Assembly (NCBI RefSeq): GCF_001194135.2
Contig: NC_068984.1
Location: forward strand, 105,470,625 to 105,504,673
Length of the DNA: 34,049 nucleotides
Direction of reading: 5' to 3'
DNA from: Octopus bimaculoides
Lineage: Eukaryota
Shown here in pieces: positions 20,953-31,532 of this stretch (the first letter of the stretch is position 1; each line of letters starts with the position of its first letter). The translations under genes and the position numbers were made by a program. Below the pieces are notes generated by a model. That model did not search any database. It saw only the letters and a list, made by a program, of their open reading frames with translations, and was not told the DNA's origin.

Positions 20953-21962
20953 NNNNNNNNNNNNNNNNNNNNNNNNNNNNNNNNNNNNNNNNNNNNNNNN
21001 NNNNNNNNNNNNNNNNNNNNNNNNNNNNNNNNNNNNNNNNNNNNNNNNNNNNNNNNNNNNNNNNNNNNNNNNNNNNNNNNNNNNNNNNNNNNNNNNNNNN
21101 NNNNNNNNNNNNNNNNNNNNNNNNNNNNNNNNNNNNNNNNNNNNNNNNNNNNNNNNNNNNNNNNNNNNNNNNNNNNNNNNNNNNNNNNNNNNNNNNNNNN
21201 NNNNNNNNNNNNNNNNNNNNNNNNNNNNNNNNNNNNNNNNNNNNNNNNNNNNNNNNNNNNNNNNNNNNNNNNNNNNNNNNNNNNNNNNNNNNNNNNNNNN
21301 NNNNNNNNNNNNNNNNNNNNNNNNNNNNNNNNNNNNNNNNNNNNNNNNNNNNNNNNNNNNNNNNNNNNNNNNNNNNNNNNNNNNNNNNNNNNNNNNNNNN
21401 NNNNNNNNNNNNNNNNNNNNNNNNNNNNNNNNNNNNNNNNNNNNNNNNNNNNNNNNNNNNNNNNNNNNNNNNNNNNNNNNNNNNNNNNNNNNNNNNNNNN
21501 NNNNNNNNNNNNNNNNNNNNNNNNNNNNNNNNNNNNNNNNNNNNNNNNNNNNNNNNNNNNNNNNNNNNNNNNNNNNNNNNNNNNNNNNNNNNNNNNNNNN
21601 NNNNNNNNNNNNNNNNNNNNNNNNNNNNNNNNNNNNNNNNNNNNNNNNNNNNNNNNNNNNNNNNNNNNNNNNNNNNNNNNNNNNNNNNNNNNNNNNNNNN
21701 NNNNNNNNNNNNNNNNNNNNNNNNNNNNNNNNNNNNNNNNNNNNNNNNNNNNNNNNNNNNNNNNNNNNNNNNNNNNNNNNNNNNNNNNNNNNNNNNNNNN
21801 NNNNNNNNNNNNNNNNNNNNNNNNNNNNNNNNNNNNNNNNNNNNNNNNNNNNNNNNNNNNNNNNNNNNNNNNNNNNNNNNNNNNNNNNNNNNNNNNNNNN
21901 NNNNNNNNNNNNNNNNNNTATATATATATATATATATGTATATATAATTTTCGTCGAGCCAG

Positions 21963-22055
21963 TCTCTTGCTACTCTGAGTTTCACCTTTAGGCGTACAGT
22001 CATAACTTACTGAAGATTCTGTGCACATACAAGTGAAATACAGAGTAGCAAGAGA
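21963..22055. repeat. 93-nt inverted repeat/hairpin (perfect 15-bp outer stem)
   Basis: TCTCTTGCTACTCTG (21963-21977) and CAGAGTAGCAAGAGA (22041-22055); inner TTTCAC/GTGAAA extends the stem. Confidence 0.85.
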
Positions 22056-22159
22056 TGTATTATTATCGCCACTATGGAAGTGACCTCTCTATTTTCCGAC
22101 GGCTATCACTAAACACACACAAATGTATGCTGAAAAGAAAATAAGAAATTATTTAAATG

Positions 22160-22480
22160 CTATGATCTGTAAATAGAGATAACCAGAACGTGAGGATTGA
22201 AAACAAAGAATCCCTATAATAAGAATAGGTACTCTGGGCTTTGGCAATGATTAAAAGTGATGCAGACAAAAACATAGCCAAATTCCCAGGACTTAGAAAT
22301 ATCTGTTCTATATAGAAAATAACATTAATAAGCACTGAACATATATTAAGTAGTATAATTTTGACATAATTGGAAACGCAAAAACAAATCAAAACAAAAC
22401 ACTGCACATATCCAAGACACTTAGAGGTGTGCTCAGTAATGCAGTGGAAGCACACAGTAAAATGTAAGGTTAGAGAAAAA
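22160..22480 (+). mobile_element. Old R4/Dong-like 3' end
   Basis: Residual ...EITRT*GLKT...IIIGTLG...IKSDADKNIAKFPGL...*KITLISTEHIL, then a 3' UTR similar to 3070-3162 (ACTGCACATATCCAAGACAC...AGTAATGCAGTGGAAGCAC). Confidence 0.7.
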
Positions 22481-22595
22481 TGACGATGATTATAAATGGT
22501 TTTAGAGATGAATTAATGTGTTATTTTGAATATACTTAGAAGCCGCTGCATCAGGTCTTGAGTGTATGGAGGCATAAGTATTTGTGTGTGTGAGT

Positions 22596-22604
22596 ACAGA
22601 CATG

Positions 22605-22664
<60 letters not shown>

Positions 22665-22705
22665 NNNNNNNNNNNNNNNNNNNNNNNNNNNNNNNNNNNN
22701 NNNNN

Positions 22706-22740
<35 letters not shown>

Positions 22741-22980
22741 AATATGCATAACCACACACATATATAAACATACATAAACAAGCAAACATACATAATGGCA
22801 CATATATATATACAAACATAATCACATATAAACAAACATACATGATGACACATATATACAAACATACATACATACAAATAGCATATATGTATAACCACAC
22901 ACACACACACACACACATGCACACCACACACACACACACATGCACACACACAAACATATAATCGCACATATATTTTCTAT
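22596..22980. repeat. Compound (CA)n/(TA)n/(CATA)-like microsatellite (with gap)
   Basis: Direct reading. Confidence 0.9.
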
Positions 22981-23249
22981 AATATTTGTTCTGCATACAG
23001 CAAAATTCTTGCAGTTGTGCAGAGGTAATATGTGTATATAAAGACCTCTTTTAGAACATATTTAGAATAAAATAACGACTAATATAAAATGATTTTAGTT
23101 TACTTATTAAGAATCACAAATTGTGGTGACCACACAATTTGTCAATACCGCCCGTACTCCCATCACCAGAAGTCCTTACTATAGATGCAAAGGAAAAGAT
23201 ATATTTAAAGCGAAATCACGAGTGTATTTGTGTGATAAATGCGTTCCTG

Positions 23250-23625
23250 AATACTTGCAAATTTATGACTGCAGCCACGCTGGAGCAATGCACTCAAGAG
23301 TTAAGTCGAACATCCCTGTACTTATTTCAGTCTGGTTTTTAATGTATCGATATCTGTTTGATGAAGCGCTAACTTACAGAACATAAAGATATGCAACACA
23401 AACAGCACCATCATTTAGACCGTTAAAGACTTACATACAAATCAAGACACAGATATACACAATTACGCATATAACCGGCTTCTGCACAGTTTCCTTCTAC
23501 CAAATTCAATTCACAAGTATTAGTCAGTTGGAAGACATAGTAGAAAATACTTGACCAACGTGTATCGCAATGAAATTGAACCCAGGACTATGTTCTGCTA
23601 AGAGAACTTCTTAACCACAAAACAG
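23250..23625 (-). mobile_element. Degraded SINE of the 2527-3007 family
   Basis: TGACTGCAGCCACGCTGGAGCA...AGTCGAA and ATAGTAGAAAATACTTG...ATTGAACCCAGGACTATGT...CTTCTTAACCAC remain recognisable. Confidence 0.6.
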
Positions 23626-23753
23626 TTGCCTGACTTTCTTGAATATTTAGACAGAAATGTGTAACTTCTTTTGAATTTCCAGTTGTTGAGGATTGCAAAA
23701 GAATTTTCATTCATGTGTTTAAATTACATATATGCATATTTACAGAGGTGGAC

Positions 23754-23756
<3 letters not shown>

Positions 23757-23816
<60 letters not shown>

Positions 23817-23881
23817 NNNNNNNNNNNNNNNNNNNNNNNNNNNNNNNNNNNNNNNNNNNNNNNCACAGAGACACACACACA

Positions 23882-23941
<60 letters not shown>

Positions 23942-23952
23942 CACACACACAC
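23757..23952. repeat. (CA)n microsatellite (with gap)
   Basis: Direct reading. Confidence 0.95.
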
Positions 23953-24607
23953 ATGTATGAGGCATGTGTACCTTATACCTTGAATTGACATTTTTCTTTA
24001 TCCTTAACAAAAGCAACATCTAGTAAAAATGCATCTAGATCTTGTATCACATGATCATCTAGGAGAGGCAAAAATAGCCATATATGCATTTGCTACCGAT
24101 TATTACTGTAATATTTATAGAAATAACACTATGAGAACTTGTTTTTAAAGAAAGCCATGCAACACATTGTGGGTACTCATAACTTCTAGACGTTTTAGAC
24201 TATTGTGGCGACAAGGATGTCGGCGACGATGACGATGGCGATGATGATGATAATATTTTTACCTCCTCCCCACGCCACAAAAAATAAAAAAGGTAAACTA
24301 ACAAAAAGCACATCTTCATGAGAAACGCATCTAACGTATTTGTTAAAAGAATCAGATCAATTTAGTCTCCTGTGGGAAGCATGGATCCAAACAACAGCAA
24401 ACAATTGCAATTGTTGGTAATTACTAAAGAAACGTGAAATATGTCAGAAGGTTTTTATAAGTCTGTCATCTGCGTTTCATACCTTTCTACTATCATTTTT
24501 ATACACAAAAGAAAGCATTTTACTTAGTTATCTGTAATGGGTATGAAGGAACAGCTCTTTGTTGTTCTACTAAGTACAGCGAAGACACAATGGTGATGGG
24601 ATTCGTG

Positions 24608-24670
24608 CAGCTGTGCCGAATATTTATTTAAAAGCTCAACATATACATTAGTTTTTGTTCGTTCAGTATT
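24608..24670 (+). promoter_or_regulatory. Candidate core promoter: E-box CAGCTG (24608), TATA-like TATTTAAAAG (24625), Inr-like TTAGTT (24648) / TCAGT (24663)
   Basis: Motif order and spacing directly upstream of a Kozak ATG; the motifs are short and AT-rich background is high. Confidence 0.4.
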
Positions 24671-24698
24671 TGTTGAGCTAACTCTTGTCCTTATCACC

Positions 24699-24753
24699 AT
24701 GAAGAATCAACGAATATTAATCACTTTTCTAGGAATGTTATATTTTATAACAG
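24699..24753 (+). CDS. Putative first coding exon of a secreted/membrane protein (signal peptide MKNQRILITFLGMLYFIT, phase-1 intron follows)
   Basis: CACC-ATG Kozak context; basic N-region then hydrophobic core; strong donor CAG|GTATGT at 24754; lies in the least repetitive part of the window. Downstream exons not identified. Confidence 0.6.
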
Positions 24754-26097
24754 GTATGTCAAAAATATTTGGTTACCCACTATTTTTTTCTTGTTTTGAA
24801 ACTGATTGTCCACCATTTGTCACAATTCTATTTAACATATCTCCAATCTGAACAGTATCGATTTAAGTTTTGTCACTCCGTGGATCAATGAAATATTATC
24901 TGTTATATTTTACGGTCTATAGTGGAGAACGCTAGGAATACCAGAGACAGAAAATTTCACTGAATTTTGTTTTGAGTTTAGATTTTTAAATAATAAAAGT
25001 TTTTGGTGGAAGTAATCGGTGAGTAATCATATAAAAGCAAATGGTGTGGGGAGAATCAATAGAAGTAATTTTATAAAGTAAAGTTAGATTAAAATCCCAA
25101 ACGAAATTTAAATTCAATATAACAGTTAAGATTTCAATACAATGTTAGAAAATATCACTTCTCGATCCTCATTGCTGCATAATAAAAAAAAAACATCAGT
25201 TATACGCCGCTAAAAACTTTATGAAGGGGAACTTAAATATAAAATATATAAATTAATAAAATGAATCGAAAATTTTATTTTTAAATGAAATTCATCATCA
25301 GTTGAGGTTCCTCTCTCCCCAAACGCTATTATTATGAAATAACTAAACTACATATTAACTCTCAATTGTTTACACTTGCAATAATAAATACTATATACCA
25401 ATATGATCACATTCTCTCCCTACTAGTAGTTTATAATTCTCACATATTTTAATGAATCCTTGGTCGACTGGATTCAAACCTGTTTTTTATCCCAAGGGGA
25501 TAAACGAAACAAGTATGAGTAAGATGCAGGCCAAAAGCCAATATAGACACCTACGAAAGAAAAAAAAATTAAACATTACGTCTAGAGTATCTATTATTTT
25601 ACTTAGTATATTGACGTCATTGGAGAAGGTTTATACACTTCTCTTTCCTTACACTCTGAATCAATGACGTTGATCTCTCATCAAATAACTGACTCTATTA
25701 CATGAGTGAATGTGATAAGTACGTACAACTTCCCCTCAGTTAACAAGATAGGTTGGTTCTGCGAATCATCATATAAATCGAACTCGTAAAAACAGTTCTA
25801 ATGATATTAATAAAAACACAAACAAACGTGAAATAGTTATTTATTGAAATGAATATAATAAATATGATTATCATGTATCGTAATATTGGGCTTTATCTTC
25901 TATCCAAAATAATAGAGCTTTTACCCGTTGTTTCTATAATGTTACTACGTATGTATGATGTATGCTTTAAAGTTACTGAAGATCCAGCAATTATTCTGGC
26001 TCTCTTGCTTAAGACTCTTTTATCAGTTATTTAGTTTATAATAAATTGTTTCGTAGTTTCCATCAAACGCTTTCCAACGTCGAAAATATTTAACAAA

Positions 26098-26098
<1 letters not shown>

Positions 26099-26134
<36 letters not shown>
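26099..26134. repeat. (TA)n microsatellite
   Basis: Direct reading. Confidence 0.95.
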
Positions 26135-26137
<3 letters not shown>

Positions 26138-26289
26138 TAACTGAAATGCTTGTTGAGAGCGTGGTATAAGTCACCATCGAAGAAGTGAAGCGAAAGTAAA
26201 ATGAAAAGTTGCTGAGAAGTTGAGGTGGAAGTAACTAAATAGTAAAAACAACAATAACAAAAACGAACCGAGCCCAAACCAAAATCCTA

Positions 26290-26720
26290 AAATTCTTTCG
26301 ATTCTTCGCAGCGTAATGATTATATGACACTTTCCCAATTCTTTACACAATATTTTTTTGCATTTTCATTAAACTCTGCAAAGTCTTTCGAAATGCATGG
26401 GTTTGATAGTAGAGGGTAGATGAGGTAGTGCTCCTTAATATTGTTTGATTCTCTACATTCACAGATGGTTGAGTTGATCTTGCAGCCCCATCTAACCAAA
26501 GTCACTTTTGATTGCCCCGTTCTCGTTCTCAGGCGATTGAATGTTTTCCGTTGTATCCATGTTTCTTCAGTTGGGGAATTCTTATGTCGATTGGAGGAGA
26601 GGTGTTCTCAAGCATTTAATTCCAGAGCTGGAGTCTGTTTTTTTCTTTCTCTGATATGCTTAGAGTCTAGGCAAGGACCAGTAAGTTTCTTCGTGACTTC
26701 AGTCATTGGACTACAGAAAA
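26290..26720 (-). mobile_element. 3' end of an Ingi/Vingi-like LINE (C-terminal Cys/His region)
   Basis: Minus strand ETWIQRKTFNRLRTRTGQSKVTLVRWGCKINSTICECRESNNIKEHYLIYP...KNWESVI* resembles the W..LNRLR.G....L.KWG....CECG...HLL.C pattern I recall for Vingi-type ORF C-termini. Confidence 0.5.
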
Positions 26721-27139
26721 ACCGTGTAAACTGAATACCGTATGAACCGAGGAAAACAATATTTGCTTCTTTTTTTTTTAATGGTTTAGTCAGAGAAGGA
26801 AAGGTTTCGCAACTGACTGTTTTTAGAAGGAGCTTGATGACTGATGGGAAAGGAAAGGAAATTATATTCAAGCCAAAGACCTACGCCAGATGCTTGCAAC
26901 AGAGTGGGTCCCGATAAAGACCCCAAAGAACGAGGCGGTAGAATTAAACCAGGGTAAGGATTAAGGCTATCACCTAACAATGGGAACACTTAGTAGTCTT
27001 TGTCTACCGAAGTTCACTCACAAAACTTTCATCGGTCCAAGCCTGTAGTTGGAGACACTTGCCCATGTTTCCGCGCAGAGAGAACGAACTTGGAGCTACG
27101 AGTTATGAACAGAACTCCTTGACACTGTTTTAGACACGT

Positions 27140-27345
27140 TATTACTGCATGATACGATTAAAGCGCTGCATTGCAGAATAGTAAAGGTGTCGGACAAAAT
27201 TTCTTGCAGTATTTGTTTCGGTTTTTACGTTCCAAGTTCAAAATTCACGGTTGTCAACGTTGCGTTTCATTCCTCTAGGGTGAAATAACGTATCAGTGAA
27301 ATAACGTATCAGACAAATACTGGAGTTCGTATAATCAACTTTTTC
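27140..27345 (+). mobile_element. Degraded Meta-domain-like SINE
   Basis: TGCAGAATAGTAAAG...TTTACGTTCCAAGTTCAAATT...TTTCATTCCTCTAGGGTG...ATACTGGAGT; contains a local GTGAAATAACGTATCA duplication. Confidence 0.55.
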
Positions 27346-27394
27346 TTGCATCCGATTAAATTCATGACCTTGTACAAATATAAGAAATTATAAA

Positions 27395-27598
27395 GGGCAG
27401 TTGATTGGCAGAATCGTTAGAGCCGCGGATAGTGATACTTACAGCTCTTTATATTCTGAATTCCAATTTCACTGAGGTTAAATTTGCCTTTGATCCTTTC
27501 GGTTTCGATAAAATGAAGCACCAGTAAAATACTGGAGTCCACATTACCTAGTGTTCCCTTCTTCCTAAATTTCGAGCTTTGTGCCTATGTAAGAAACG
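27395..27598 (+). mobile_element. Degraded Meta-domain-like SINE with ATT-type tail
   Basis: TTGGCAGAATCGTTAGAG...TTTGCCTTTGATCCTTTCGG...GATAAAAT...TTTCGAGCTTTGTGCCTATGTAAGAAACG|TTATTATT. Confidence 0.7.
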
Positions 27599-27616
27599 TT
27601 ATTATTATATGATACT

Positions 27617-27950
27617 ATTAATCAGGATATCATTCACAGTTGAAGAGATACTATTCATCCGAACACTATTTTCATTTGGACACAAGTTATTCATCCGAAC
27701 ACTATTTCCATTTCGACACGAGCTATTCATCCGGACAACGGATACACATTATTTATCCTAAAATCTTTCCTATTTGGACAAATTCCATTCATCCGGATAT
27801 CATTCTCATTTGGATAGATACTATTAATCCTGACATCTCATCTATTTGGACAGATAATATTCATCCGTACATCTTTGATATTGGTACAGACACTATTCAT
27901 CCGGACATCATTTCCATTTGGACTAATACTATTCATCCGAGCATCATTTG
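27617..27950 (+). repeat. 36-bp minisatellite, ~9-10 diverged units
   Basis: Consensus near ATTCATCCGGACATCATTTCCATTTGGACAGATACT; one unit shortened to 26 bp. Confidence 0.85.
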
Positions 27951-28130
27951 GATAGTAAAGTTGTGTTTCGCATTCCTGATGTTATCTTCAATTAAAAAAA
28001 AAAAAATTGAAGTGACACAATTATTTCCCATAATAACATTATTCAATCACCAAGCTTGTAACATCGAAATAGCATAAAGTGATTCTTTGATAATTAAGCA
28101 GTTAATAGAAAAATATGTTCCTTGGTTGCC

Positions 28131-28388
28131 TCTGATCAAGTAGATCCTACAACTCGGAGTATTTCATTAATATCTTAATAATAATTGATCACCAAACATA
28201 GCTGCAAGTCAACAGGTGACTCTTTATGTGGTTGCTTGTCCTGTTACAAATAAGGTTGAAGTCTCCCTCAAACAACATCGTCGTTAAACAAAAGCAGGAG
28301 ACAATGGATAATGTTGTGCATTGCTTGAATAAAAAGGTCGGGATGATCTCGGTCACAATGTCTTTTATCACTAGTCTACTTGATCAGA
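28131..28388. repeat. 14-bp perfect inverted repeat pair ~230 bp apart (MITE-like or two opposed repeat fragments)
   Basis: TCTGATCAAGTAGA (28131-28144) / TCTACTTGATCAGA (28375-28388). Confidence 0.5.
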
Positions 28389-29624
28389 ATTGATCAACAT
28401 TAACAGCAACACTAAAAGCAAAGTTTTGCAAGACTTTCGAATGCTAACAATAATTATAAACAACCAAATCATTTCCATTGTGTCATAAATAGCTCTTCGA
28501 TTTTGTAACAACGAAAGAAAACAAAATAAAAATGTTATTAGTTCATATGCTTACTACTTTGGAGATATAATAACAGTAAAAGCAGTTGAAACAAAAGAAA
28601 ACAAAACAAGAACAAGCATTTAAAAGACATTGAAGAGGCTACCGATTGGTATAGGGAAAAATATTTTCGAGAATATAAATCAACAGCAACTGCTTTGGGG
28701 AAAGGAAAGGAAGGGAAATATAGACAAACAACAATAGGAGAGTGTGTTTACGACTCTTCCCAAATATAACAATATAAACATTTCATCTCTAAGGTATACA
28801 GTCAGTACATTTTCTCAAGTACAAATTAAAGTAACCTCGGAGCAAAATAATATAATTTCGGAACAAATCAAAATAGCCTTGAAAAAAATTAGAATAATCA
28901 CTGAGCTATAATTAAAGATTCCCATCAAACCATTTATCCGATGGTTTTCAACTAACGAATCCTAAAATATAGTTTAATTTTCAACGAAAATATTTTGTAA
29001 CAAGTATCAAAACATATTTTATGAATTTAATATAAAACAGTTACTGTGACTGTAAACGCATTTACCACTGCGAAATCATTCTTCTATAACGACTTGCTAG
29101 AATTTGTTGTGGCATATCAATCAATCCTATATGGTGAATCTAAACATTGGCAAAAATTCTTCATATTAATTTTGGCATCCATTTAGCATATTCAATATAT
29201 TAAATACATTCATCATCTATCTTTGATATAATTATGATCTATCTTCTTGAGGTTGTCATAAACACTTTCGCTGTGCAAACGTGATGCATGATTTTTGCTC
29301 ACATAATTATATTCTCTTGTCTCCTTAACGTTATGAGCAGCAGCAATGGCTCGCCAATCTTCTCATTTAGCGGGCAGTACACGCATATGAATTTCAAATG
29401 CAGACTTCGCATGTGGCCACCGCTTGCTTCTCTGTTTTGACTTCTCGGAAAATAGCAGTAATTGTAGCTTAATACAAGCTTTGCGACTGACTTTGTTATT
29501 CGTAAGTAAACGTAGTATTGTAGGCCAAAGTCAAATAAAATGAATTCAGATTTAAAAAGCATCAACGTATGTTCAAACAATTCAAAACATAAGCATCTAT
29601 TTAAAGTATTTAATTTTCTCTAAA

Positions 29625-30015
29625 GTGGAGGCGCAATGGCCCAGTGATTAGGACAGCGACTCGCGGTCATAGGATCGCGGTTTCGATTCCCAGACCGGGC
29701 GTTGTGAGTGTTTATTGAGCGAAAACACCTAAAGCCCCACGAGGCTCCGACAGGGGATGGTGGCGAACCCTGCTGTACTCTTTCACCACAACTTTCTCTC
29801 ACTCTTACTTCCTGTTTCTGTTGTGCCTGTAATTCAAAGGACCAGCCTTGTCACACTGTGTCACGCTGAATATCCCCGAGAACTACGTTAATGATACATG
29901 TGTCTGTGGAGTGCTCAGCCACTTGCACGTTAATTTCACGAACATGCTGTTCCGTTGATCGGATCAACTGGAACCCTCGACGTCGTTAGCGACGGAGTGC
30001 CAACAACAACAACAA
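29625..30015 (+). mobile_element. Full-length tRNA-headed SINE with (CAA)n tail
   Basis: A box TGGCCCAGTGATTAGG, B box GGTTTCGATTCCC, 3' domain ...CACGTTAATTTCACG...GGAACCCTCGACGTCGTTAGCGACGGAGTGC then (CAA)n. Confidence 0.85.
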
Positions 30016-30260
30016 TTTGCACTAAGATTATTTTAACTTGCTCTGAATTTACTTTAATTTTGTTGCTTGGTTATTATAATTTGTATCTGAAAAAAAAAAT
30101 CATTATTGGTGCTCCTTTTCTCCTATAGAAAATTAACAAGTTTGAACTGAGATTATTTTAATTTTTTACAATATTAAGAAATATGGCGATCGGATAACGA
30201 AAGATAAATCGCCAAAGTAGCGAAGTGTGTGACGTGCTAAGGAGGGAGAAGAGGAGAGAG

Positions 30261-30267
<7 letters not shown>

Positions 30268-30300
<33 letters not shown>
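30268..30300. repeat. (GA)n microsatellite
   Basis: Direct reading. Confidence 0.95.
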
Positions 30301-30303
<3 letters not shown>

Positions 30304-30675
30304 AAAGGACAGTTTTGATAATCATCAACCATAGATTATGTAAACCTAAGAATACTACAGAAATGTTTCTCTAAAGAGATTATCAACTATAAAATGTATG
30401 TGGAAGCTTTGAAAATCATTTATATTTTAATTATTTTTATCACACATTAACAAATCTTAATCATATAATCACGAATAAGTATTAGTTAAGTATCTAAAAC
30501 ATTTCGGAGACGTTCTAACATTTGTCTTAACGAAAGAATTACCATGAATGCACCCATAACATTCAGATGGCATTATTTTAAATCTGCCATGAGGAGATTT
30601 TATTGACAAGATTAGTCAACACTTATCTTCTTAGATGTCTTCTGCTAATAAGTGTAAAGAATTGTTGTATTTGTC

Positions 30676-31401
30676 TTTAGTACAGTCCAGCCAGGATCAT
30701 GACTAGAATCATTTTAACTACAATAAGAACGGGAGAACGAAAGAGGGGGAGAGGGAAAAATTGGGAGAGAGAGAATGAGGGAAGGAGAAAAAGAGGAAGA
30801 GAGAATGAGGGAAGGGAGAGAAAGAGGGAAAGAGAGAAGCATACATTCATACGCACATACATATCATGTACACATATGCATACATATATGTATGTATATA
30901 TAACTGGCGCTCCGTCGATTACGACTTCGAGGGTTCCAGCCTGCTCGTAAAATTAACGTGCGAGTGGCTGAGTACTCCAGCAGACAAACGTACCCATAAC
31001 GTAGTTCTCAGGGAGATTCAGCATGACACAGAATGTGACAAGGCCGATTCTTTGAAATACAGGTACTACCAATTTTTTGCCAGCTGAGTGGACTGGAGCA
31101 ATGTGAAATAAAGTGTCTTGCTCAAAGACACAATGCGCCGCCGGTTTTCGAACTCACAACCTTACGATCGTGAGCTGAATACCCTAACCACTAGGCCACG
31201 TATGTGTGTGTGAATGTATGTCTTTCTCTTTCCCTCTTTCTCTCCATCCCCCATTCTCTCTGCCTCCTTTCTCCCTCCTTCATTCTCTCTTCTTTTTCTC
31301 TCTTCCTCATTCTCACTCTCCTAATCTTTCTCTCTCCCACTCTCTTGTTCTTATTGTAGTTAAAATGATTCTAGTCATGATCCTGGCTGAACTGTACTAA
31401 A
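30676..31401. mobile_element. Foldback/MITE-like element with 55-bp terminal inverted repeats and long imperfect arms
   Basis: 30676-30730 vs 31347-31401 match at 54/55 as reverse complements. The purine-rich left arm mirrors the pyrimidine-rich right arm up to a central SINE. Confidence 0.8.
30905..31200 (-). mobile_element. tRNA-headed SINE sharing its 3' domain with 29625-30015 but with a different 5' body
   Basis: Reverse strand CGTGGCCTAGTGGTTAGGGTATTC...GAGTTCGAAAACCGG...CCTTGTCACATTCTGTGTCATGCTGAATCTCCCTGAGAACTACGTTA...GGAACCCTCGAAGTCGTAATCGACGGAGCGCCA. Confidence 0.85.
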
Positions 31402-31403
31402 TA

Positions 31404-31484
31404 CAAGGATAAAATCACGTAAATGATTATTATTAGATAGTCAGCATGGAATAGAAATGTATATGCAATTTATATATTAAATCA

Positions 31485-31490
<6 letters not shown>
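31404..31490 (-). repeat. Copy of a ~130-bp AT-rich repeat also present at 32403-32505 and 32931-33066
   Basis: Reverse complement reads TTTAATATATAAATTGCATATACATTTCTATTCCATGCTGACTATCTAATAATAATCATTTACGTGATTTTATCCTT. Confidence 0.7.

Positions 31491-31532
<42 letters not shown>

Noticed and set aside
12341-22028. Long ORFs of 200-440 aa in the ORF track
   Set aside because: They run through N gaps and are artefacts.
24366-24416. 51-nt AG...GTAATT micro-exon
   Set aside because: No polypyrimidine tract, no recognisable peptide in any frame, and it lies upstream of the candidate promoter.
27617-27950. CRISPR-like array
   Set aside because: Head-to-tail units without unique spacers, eukaryotic context, no cas genes.
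27640-28077. 145-aa repetitive protein
   Set aside because: Minisatellite translation; frame changes mid-array and the first unit has a stop in the repeat frame.
29625-29700. tRNA gene
   Set aside because: A/B boxes belong to a SINE head that continues into a SINE body and tail; the same holds for 2527, 10323 and 31200.
30110-30165. Strong splice acceptor CTCCTTTTCTCCTATAG (ends 30128) as exon 2
   Set aside because: The phase-1 frame stops after one codon (AAT TAA); other frames also close within about ten codons.
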